Positions 18,405 through 25,015 of a stretch of 32,000 nt of DNA are shown one piece after another. Numbering within the stretch: position 1 is the stretch's first letter; the number at the start of each line of letters is the position of its first letter. The stretch is taken from NCBI RefSeq assembly GCF_000619845.1, contig NZ_JHUX01000004.1, forward strand, positions 180,001 to 212,000, read 5' to 3'. Below the pieces are notes generated by a model that did no database searches, was not told where the DNA came from, and worked only from the letters and a program-made list of their open reading frames with translations. The translations under genes and the position numbers were made by a program. The stretch is from Alkanindiges illinoisensis DSM 15370 (GTDB lineage: Bacteria > Pseudomonadota > Gammaproteobacteria > Pseudomonadales > Moraxellaceae).

Positions 18405-18932
18405 ATGCGTCTATTTTTACTTGCTACAACGTTAAGCTTAGGGGTTACCACTGCACATGCTGGCCTGTTTGATACTTTAAATGCAGTCAGCCAGATTGCT
18501 GCCAATGTGAGCAGTTCAGGTAAAGTCACGACCAATGCTACCCCGTCTACACCGACGACCACCAGCTCAACCACACCGATTTCCACCAGCACATTGTCCC
18601 AGATGGATTGCCCAGCGCTGGAAGTTGCTGCACTGAATGGCACCCGTGAACTAGAACTGGTTAAAGCCAATATCCAACAAATTGATAGCCTGAATAATAA
18701 CCCGCAGTACCAGCAACAAAAAGCAGCCAGCAGTGCCATTGGCACACTGGGTAGTTTACTGGCCAGCAAAGGCGGTAAAACCGGGGAATATGCACAGGCA
18801 GCTCAGCAACTGGGCAATGCTGGTGCTAGCTCGCCTGATCTGGATCTGGATACCCAGTTGGCATTAGGCAAAAAATACATGACGGATCTGGACAACATCC
18901 GTATTTATCAAAAACATAAGAAATGTTCATAA
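18405..18932 (+). CDS. Hypothetical secreted protein with a Ser/Thr/Pro-rich tract
   Basis: The ATG at 18405 is preceded by CAGGAG. The Sec signal is MRLFLLATTLSLGVTTAHA|G (AHA-G cleavage type, not a lipobox). A low-complexity tract TTNATPSTPTTTSSTTPISTS is followed by a Gln/Ala-rich helical domain with 2 Cys. I recognise no family. It ends at a strong terminator. Confidence 0.65.
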   Translation: MRLFLLATTLSLGVTTAHAGLFDTLNAVSQIAANVSSSGKVTTNATPSTPTTTSSTTPISTSTLSQMDCPALEVAALNGTRELELVKANIQQIDSLNNNPQYQQQKAASSAIGTLGSLLASKGGKTGEYAQAAQQLGNAGASSPDLDLDTQLALGKKYMTDLDNIRIYQKHKKCS

Positions 18933-18948
18933 GATAAAATCTTCAATT

Positions 18949-18982
18949 AAAAAATAGCCCAGCGTGTTCGGGCTATTTTTTT
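18949..18982. terminator. Rho-independent terminator after the secreted-protein gene
   Basis: The sequence is aaaaa-atagccc-(9 nt loop)-gggctat-tttttt: a 7-bp stem flanked by an A-run and a T-run. Confidence 0.7.
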
Positions 18983-19021
18983 GTCTTGTGAATTATTTTC
19001 TTTGAAATTATTAGAGCTATA

Positions 19022-19055
19022 CTGCTGTCGATAACTCAGAAGTTATCCACAGCAG
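19022..19055. repeat. Long inverted repeat (15-bp arms, 4-nt loop) containing two facing DnaA-box-like 9-mers
   Basis: The arms are ctgctgtcgataact-caga-agttatccacagcag, with 14 of 15 positions pairing. The right arm contains TTATCCACA (19043..19051), a perfect DnaA box. The left arm's reverse complement reads TTATCGACA, which matches 8 of 9. It lies 44 nt downstream of the relA stop. Confidence 0.6.
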
Positions 19056-19098
19056 CGTTTGAATTGGCGTACTTTTTAATCAAGACTCATGATCAAGC

Positions 19099-21405
19099 TT
19101 ATGCATTACCCAGCACCAGACGGCGCGCACTGATAATCCCCGGTTGTTGCTCCAACCGTGCCAGTAAGCGCGATAATTGCGCCAAGCCTTTGACTTCAAT
19201 GGATAATTTCATATTGGCAATGCCGTCAGCCTCTGAAATAGTATTAACCTGACGGATATTGATATGATCGGCAAAAATAACCTGGGTTAAATCCTTGAGC
19301 AAACCACGGCGATCATAGGCTTCCACCACAATTTGCACGCTTTGACCCCGGGTAGGCTGCATTTCCCAGTCGGCTTCAATGGCACGTTCCGGTTCATGCT
19401 TGATCATGCGGCCATATTCCGGACAGGTCAGCTTATGAATGCTAACGCCCCGGTTTAGGGTAATATAACCACCAATCGCTTCACCATGCACGGGCTGACA
19501 GCACTGCGCCACATGCAGCTCGACATTATCCAGACCATCAATCAGGATGCCATGCGCAGACAATGTGTGGCTGGCACGCGGGTTTAAGGCTGGCTTGAGC
19601 ACCAGCTCCGGCTCATCCTGATCAATACGCATTTGCCGGTTAATCTGGTTCATGAGCTGATGCAGGCCAATATCGCCAGTCACCAATCCAATCAGCACAT
19701 CATCGCCGGTTTTAACATTAAACACCTGACAGTAATCGCTCAGGTCAATGCTTTTAGGATGAACTGCCAGCCGTGATAGTTCCTTGTTTAAAATATCCCG
19801 GCCAATTTCCAGATTCTTGCTGCGATCCTGCTGGCGAAACCAGTGGCGCAGCTTGTCACGCGCGCGTGAGGTGGTAATGTAGCCCAGCGAATTAACCAGC
19901 CAGTCGCGGTTGGGTTCACGGTCACGCTTGGTCAGGATTTCAACCTGCTCGCCAGTTTTTAAGCGATAGGTTAATGGCACATAGCGCTGATTGACTCGCG
20001 CCGCATAGCAATGGTTACCGACTTCAGTATGCACATGATAGGCAAAATCCAGCACGGTGGAATCGCGCGGCAGTTCCTTGATATCGCCATCGCGGGTGAA
20101 CACATAAATCTGCTCAAATCCGTCCAGATCCTGCAACTGCTCAATATCATCAATATTGGGATCCTGATTGGAATCCTCATCTTCCAGCCGATCCTGATAA
20201 TGCTCCAGCACGGCACGTAATGAATGCAGCCGATGGTTAAAGGACTGGTCGGTGCGCTTGGTGCCTTCCTTATAATTAAAGTGCGAACATACCCCAAGCT
20301 CAGCCTCATGGTGCATGGTAAAGGTGCGAATCTGCACTTCCAGCGACTTGTGCTCGGCAATCACGGCCGTGTGCAGCGAGCGGTAGCCATTGGCCTTGGG
20401 ATTGGTAATGTAATCATCAAACTGGTTGGGAATGTGCCGCCACAACTGATGCACGATGCCCAGACTGTGATAGCACTCGGGCACGGTGTCGACCAGCACC
20501 CGTAAAGCGCGGATATCATAAAGCTGATCAAAGCTTAAGGCCTTGCTGCGCATCTTGCGGTAAATGGAATAAATATGCTTGGCGCGGCCAGTGACTTCCG
20601 CCGTAATGCCCTGTGCAGCCAGTTCAGTTTTAAGCTGCCGGGTGACATTCTGGATGTATTGCTCACGCTCCAGTCGTTTTTCATTCAGCAGGGTGGCAAT
20701 TTCCTTGTAGCGCTCGGGCGACAAATAGCGAAACGCAAGGTCTTCCAGTTCCCACTTGAGCTGGGCAATCCCCAGACGGTGCGCAAGCGGGGCATAAATG
20801 GATAAAATTTCGCGGCCCACCCGCTCTTGGCGTTCGCGCGAGGCACTCGACAACTCACGCAGGGCAAAGGTTCGCTCGGCCAGCTTAATGAGCACTACAC
20901 GCACATCTTCAGTGACTGAAATCAGCATCTTGTAGATGCCAGTTAAATGCTCGCGCTGGTTATTTTCAAAATGGTCTTCCAGTCTCTTATTGTTTTCAAT
21001 CAGGTCAGACAGGCGACCCATGGCCAGTGTGCCCTTAACCAGCAAGGCCACATGCTCACCAAACAGACTTAATACTTCATCAAGATTAATAATATCTTCG
21101 CGTACACTGCGATACAGCAGGGCCGCAACCAAAGTGTCTTCATCGACTTTCAGATGCGCCAGAATATCGGTCATGCCGACACCGGTTGAAAATGCATTGG
21201 AGCGATGGGCTTTTTTCTGTGCCAGCGTACGCTCCATCACCAGATGGCAGGCACTGGACAGCTGGCTTAAATCGGTATCATCCAGCTGGGTACGCAAGCG
21301 TTCCAGCCAGATTTCCAGATCAATCTCGCCAAAGGACAGTTCGTCAGATTGAGCAACATCAGCATCGTCTAGCCGTCTGGGCAACTCTTCGCGTACGGTG
21401 ACCAT
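19099..21405 (-). CDS. relA: GTP pyrophosphokinase RelA ((p)ppGpp synthetase I)
   Basis: This 768 aa protein is full-length RelA/SpoT-homolog architecture. It has a degenerate HD region, a synthetase domain (RAKHIYSIYRKM...YRSLHTAV...EVQIRT), a TGS domain (IYVFTRDGDIKELPRDSTVLDFAY) and a C-terminal ACT domain. GGGAG lies 7 nt upstream. Confidence 0.95.
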   Translation of the reverse strand: MVTVREELPRRLDDADVAQSDELSFGEIDLEIWLERLRTQLDDTDLSQLSSACHLVMERTLAQKKAHRSNAFSTGVGMTDILAHLKVDEDTLVAALLYRSVREDIINLDEVLSLFGEHVALLVKGTLAMGRLSDLIENNKRLEDHFENNQREHLTGIYKMLISVTEDVRVVLIKLAERTFALRELSSASRERQERVGREILSIYAPLAHRLGIAQLKWELEDLAFRYLSPERYKEIATLLNEKRLEREQYIQNVTRQLKTELAAQGITAEVTGRAKHIYSIYRKMRSKALSFDQLYDIRALRVLVDTVPECYHSLGIVHQLWRHIPNQFDDYITNPKANGYRSLHTAVIAEHKSLEVQIRTFTMHHEAELGVCSHFNYKEGTKRTDQSFNHRLHSLRAVLEHYQDRLEDEDSNQDPNIDDIEQLQDLDGFEQIYVFTRDGDIKELPRDSTVLDFAYHVHTEVGNHCYAARVNQRYVPLTYRLKTGEQVEILTKRDREPNRDWLVNSLGYITTSRARDKLRHWFRQQDRSKNLEIGRDILNKELSRLAVHPKSIDLSDYCQVFNVKTGDDVLIGLVTGDIGLHQLMNQINRQMRIDQDEPELVLKPALNPRASHTLSAHGILIDGLDNVELHVAQCCQPVHGEAIGGYITLNRGVSIHKLTCPEYGRMIKHEPERAIEADWEMQPTRGQSVQIVVEAYDRRGLLKDLTQVIFADHINIRQVNTISEADGIANMKLSIEVKGLAQLSRLLARLEQQPGIISARRLVLGNA

Positions 21406-21472
21406 GCTACACTCCCATTATGCTTTTCAACAGTCAAATGACCTAAAGCCGTTCAAACCCAACTTTTCGCGC

Positions 21473-22939
21473 CTAGCTTTTTTCAAACAGGGCAATCGAT
21501 TCCACATGTCCGGTGTGGGTAAACATATCCATAACCCCCGCCTTTTTCATGCGGTAACCCGACTGCGCCAGTATACCTGCATCACGCGCCAAGGTGGCTG
21601 GATTACACGAGACATAAACAATTCGTCTGGCATTAAATTTTGGTAAATAATGCATGACTTCTTCAGCACCCGAGCGTGGCGGATCAATCAGCAGGGCGTC
21701 AAATCCCTGTGCAGCCCACGGCTGGTATGAAAAGTCCTTGGTGAGGTCCTGCGCGTAAAACTCAAGGTTGTTCATGCCATTTAATGCAGCATTTTCAAAC
21801 CCACGCGCCACCATCTCACTGCTGCCTTCCACCGCAACCACCTGACCGCTTGGGCCAACCCGGCGTGCCAGTGGCAATGAAAAGTTGCCCAAACCGCAAA
21901 ACAGGTCCAGCACACGTTCGCCTTGTTTTAAGTCAAGCAAATCGCAGGCCAGAGTGACCATTTGCCGGTTCATATCCCGATTCACCTGGGTAAAATCCAG
22001 CGGTGAAAAGGCAAAGCGCACATTAAAATCCGGCAACTCATAATACAGGCGCATGGGGGCATCCGGCTGGTCGATGCGGTGCACGCTGTCATAGCCTTCA
22101 GGTTGTAAATACAGTTGCCAGTTAACTTCGTGGGCAAATGCCAGCAATTGTTGCACATCGCTGTCAATCAGTGGCTTGAGATGACGCACAATCATGGCTA
22201 CCGATTTGTTGTCGATCGCCTGCCCATCAGCCGTAACATTTGCAATCTCATCGCCAATGGCCATTTCCAGTTGGGAAATGTTTTCACGGCCAGCAAGACC
22301 AATTAGCAATTGCTTGAGCTGCTCAAGTCGCTCGCCAATTTGCGCATCCAGTACCTTGCAGACATTCAAGTCCGTCAGATAGCTGCTTTTGCGCTCGCGA
22401 AAACCCACCAGCATGCGGTCTTTTTTAGCCACCCAGCGCACTCCCAGCCGTGCTTTGCGTCGGTAATCGGTGCGGGTGGAACGCAACGGAGGTAGCCATT
22501 GTTCTGGTTCTAGCCCACCAAAATGCTGAAAATGTGAGGCCAGTACATCGTGCTTAAAGCGGATTTGCGCATCCGGATGCATGTGTTGCAAGCTGCAACC
22601 GCCACAGATGCCAAAATGCGGACAAACTGGCTCAATCCGGTCTGGCGATGGGTTAGCCAATACCATCTCACAATCGGCTTCTTCGTATTTTTTATGGGTT
22701 TCATGCACTTGGGCATTCACGGTTTCACCGGGTAAAGCAAACGCCACAAACACCTTTTTACCAGTCTTATCAATGGGATGGCCTTCTTGCGTAGCATAGT
22801 GGCTAATGCCGCGTCCTTCATGACTTAACGCTTCAATGTTAAAGGTTAAAGATGGTTGCTGGCGTTGTTTTTCACGTTGCTTGCGTCTCATGTATCTATC
22901 CCAAAATGAACTTTCAGGCTGGCAAACAGGCTTTAACAT
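21473..22939 (-). CDS. rlmD: 23S rRNA (uracil1939-C5)-methyltransferase RlmD (RumA)
   Basis: It has a TRAM-like N-domain, the 4Fe-4S Cys cluster CPHFGICGGCSLQH, a SAM-binding region DLFCGLGNFSLPLA, and the catalytic-Cys region YVSCNPATLARD. It is adjacent to relA, as in E. coli. The N-terminal start is somewhat uncertain. Confidence 0.92.
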   Translation of the reverse strand: MLKPVCQPESSFWDRYMRRKQREKQRQQPSLTFNIEALSHEGRGISHYATQEGHPIDKTGKKVFVAFALPGETVNAQVHETHKKYEEADCEMVLANPSPDRIEPVCPHFGICGGCSLQHMHPDAQIRFKHDVLASHFQHFGGLEPEQWLPPLRSTRTDYRRKARLGVRWVAKKDRMLVGFRERKSSYLTDLNVCKVLDAQIGERLEQLKQLLIGLAGRENISQLEMAIGDEIANVTADGQAIDNKSVAMIVRHLKPLIDSDVQQLLAFAHEVNWQLYLQPEGYDSVHRIDQPDAPMRLYYELPDFNVRFAFSPLDFTQVNRDMNRQMVTLACDLLDLKQGERVLDLFCGLGNFSLPLARRVGPSGQVVAVEGSSEMVARGFENAALNGMNNLEFYAQDLTKDFSYQPWAAQGFDALLIDPPRSGAEEVMHYLPKFNARRIVYVSCNPATLARDAGILAQSGYRMKKAGVMDMFTHTGHVESIALFEKS

Positions 22940-22988
22940 ACAAGCCTTAAGCTGGCTAAAAAATATAGGCGGTCGATAAAGCTAAAAA

Positions 22989-23795
22989 TTAGCAAAGCGG
23001 ATTAAAGGGCGTTAGTTTGGCATTGTTCTGCCAGTTGGCTAAAAACTCATGCTGGCCGGGCAACTGCTCGGCAATATAGTCATGGGTGAATTTAATCCAG
23101 TGCTGGTGTTCATCGCGGTTTAAATGCCCGCGCAGTAACTGCCAGCGCAGATAAATCAGCCAGGTGTTGATCACATCGCTTTCACAGTACTGGCACAGTA
23201 CTTTCCAGTCCTGATTTTTCACATAGTCATGCACATGGTAGCCACTATGGCCCTGCTTGCCGGGAAAGCCCAGAAACAGTGCCAGCTCATCCAGCCGTTG
23301 AAAATTGCGTGCGTTAAACAGCGCGAGGCAATCCATCAGGTCAGTATGGCGATGCTGGTAACGGTTCTGGTAGTTGTCGTAGCGGCGGGCATTGTTAAAG
23401 TCGCCCTGATCGAGAAAACCCTGTGCGCTTAAGCCATAATGCATGGCCCGCAAAATCAGCACGGGCAAGTCAAAGGCCGTGCCATTCCAGCTCACCAGCG
23501 TGGGAAAATGCTTGTCAAACACGGACAAAAACCGTTTGATAATTTCCTGCTCGCTCATGCTTTCCTGACAAAAGGAAAATAGCCTGATCTGGCCTTCTTC
23601 CACCCAGATGCCAGAAATACAGACAATTTCATGCAAGGGCAAGCGCGGAAAATCACTGTTGCTTTCCTGTCGGCGGATGTTATTCATGGCCAAGACGGTG
23701 TCATCATCCGGCAAGTCTAGTCCATACAGGCGCGAACCGGAACGGACATCCGGAATGGTTTCAATGTCAAACACCAGCACTGGCAGGTTTAGCAT
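22989..23795 (-). CDS. Stand-alone 3'-5' exonuclease related to the family-B DNA polymerase exonuclease domain
   Basis: Three DEDD-type motifs occur in order: ExoI FDIETIPD, ExoII WNGTAFDLPVL, and ExoIII YCESDV (YxxxD). I prefer the ATG at 23795 (MLNLPVLVFDIET). The track start at 23834 is a TTG. Confidence 0.8.
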   Translation of the reverse strand: MLNLPVLVFDIETIPDVRSGSRLYGLDLPDDDTVLAMNNIRRQESNSDFPRLPLHEIVCISGIWVEEGQIRLFSFCQESMSEQEIIKRFLSVFDKHFPTLVSWNGTAFDLPVLILRAMHYGLSAQGFLDQGDFNNARRYDNYQNRYQHRHTDLMDCLALFNARNFQRLDELALFLGFPGKQGHSGYHVHDYVKNQDWKVLCQYCESDVINTWLIYLRWQLLRGHLNRDEHQHWIKFTHDYIAEQLPGQHEFLANWQNNAKLTPFNPLC

Positions 23796-23863
23796 GACAA
23801 ATCCATTTGCATAAAAATCTTCCCTAATCAGCAACCCGGCTCATCTATATAAGCCTGCCCTGT

Positions 23864-24805
23864 TTAATCCACCACGGAAAACAGGCCAGTGGACAGGTAA
23901 CGGTCACCGCGGTCACAAATAATACAGACAATCACTGCATCCGGCTGTTCCTGAGAAATAGCTTCAGCTACCTGAATGGCTGCCCATGCGGCACCGCCAG
24001 AGGACACGCCAGCAAAAATGCCTTCCTGCCGCGCAAGCTGGCGCATGGTTTTTTCAGCTTCAAGCTGCGGAATGTCCATGGTGCGATCCACCAGTGATGG
24101 ATCAAAAATGGTCGGCAAATATTCCTTGGGCCAGCGACGAATTCCGGCAATGGCAGCACCTTCAGAAGGTTGCAGCCCAATAATCTGAATATCGGGATTT
24201 TTTTCCTTAAGGTATTTGGCCACGCCCATGATGGTGCCGGTGGTGCCCATGGAACTGACAAAATGGGTAATTTTGCCATCCGTTTGTTGCCAGATTTCAG
24301 GGCCAGTGGTCAGGTAATGTGCAGCACTATTATCCGGGTTGCCAAACTGGTTAAGCACCAGACCCTTGCCCTCGCTTTGCATTTGCAGTGCCAGGTCACG
24401 TGCCCCTTCCATCCCAGCAGTCTTGGCCGGTACTTCAATCAATTCTGCGCCATAGGCAGCCATGGCATCCTTGCGTTCCTGACTCATGTTATCCGGCATA
24501 ATCAGGATCATCTTGTAACCGCGCATGGCAGCCACCATCGCCAGCGCAATGCCAGTGTTGCCACTGGTAGCTTCAATCAGGGTATCACCGGGCTTGATGT
24601 CACCACGGCGTTCAGCTTGCATAATCATGTTGTAGGCCGGACGGTCCTTCACCGAACCGGCTGGATTATTACCTTCCAGCTTGGCATACACACTGGCAGC
24701 GGTATGATTGGCCAGACGCTGCAAGCGCACCAGTGGCGTGTTGCCCACATAGTGATCCAAGGCATGCGGATCAGGATTAATCATTGTGTTATTCAAATCG
24801 GCCAT
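23864..24805 (-). CDS. cysM: Cysteine synthase B (PLP-dependent O-acetylserine sulfhydrylase)
   Basis: The PLP-lysine context is NPAGSVKDRPA, the Asn-loop is TSGNTG, and the Gly-rich phosphate loop is GTTGT. AGGTGA lies 7 nt upstream. Calling it CysM rather than CysK rests on overall resemblance only. Confidence 0.88.
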   Translation of the reverse strand: MADLNNTMINPDPHALDHYVGNTPLVRLQRLANHTAASVYAKLEGNNPAGSVKDRPAYNMIMQAERRGDIKPGDTLIEATSGNTGIALAMVAAMRGYKMILIMPDNMSQERKDAMAAYGAELIEVPAKTAGMEGARDLALQMQSEGKGLVLNQFGNPDNSAAHYLTTGPEIWQQTDGKITHFVSSMGTTGTIMGVAKYLKEKNPDIQIIGLQPSEGAAIAGIRRWPKEYLPTIFDPSLVDRTMDIPQLEAEKTMRQLARQEGIFAGVSSGGAAWAAIQVAEAISQEQPDAVIVCIICDRGDRYLSTGLFSVVD

Positions 24806-25015
24806 TTTGCATCACCTGCCCAAAAGTGCGCCTATTGTAATGAAAAAGCTGGCCTGCTGCACGACCTTCTCTCAGATTCTCCAGCGGCAATCTGCAATAC
24901 AGATGTTATGGCAGGGCTTTAGCAAGCCGATAGATTACAGTCGGAATCACTGCAAAGCATGTGAATTTGCAGGATTTCCTTTTATACTCGGTCAAAACCC
25001 AAGCCTATTAACGCC

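Noticed and set aside
24806-25015. Search for an Rsm/Csr-type small RNA (multiple GGA loops) near gacS. I also searched 28840..29133.
   Set aside because: Only one or two GGA motifs occur per region, with no series of GGA-containing hairpins and no terminator. Nothing supports an Rsm-like sRNA.
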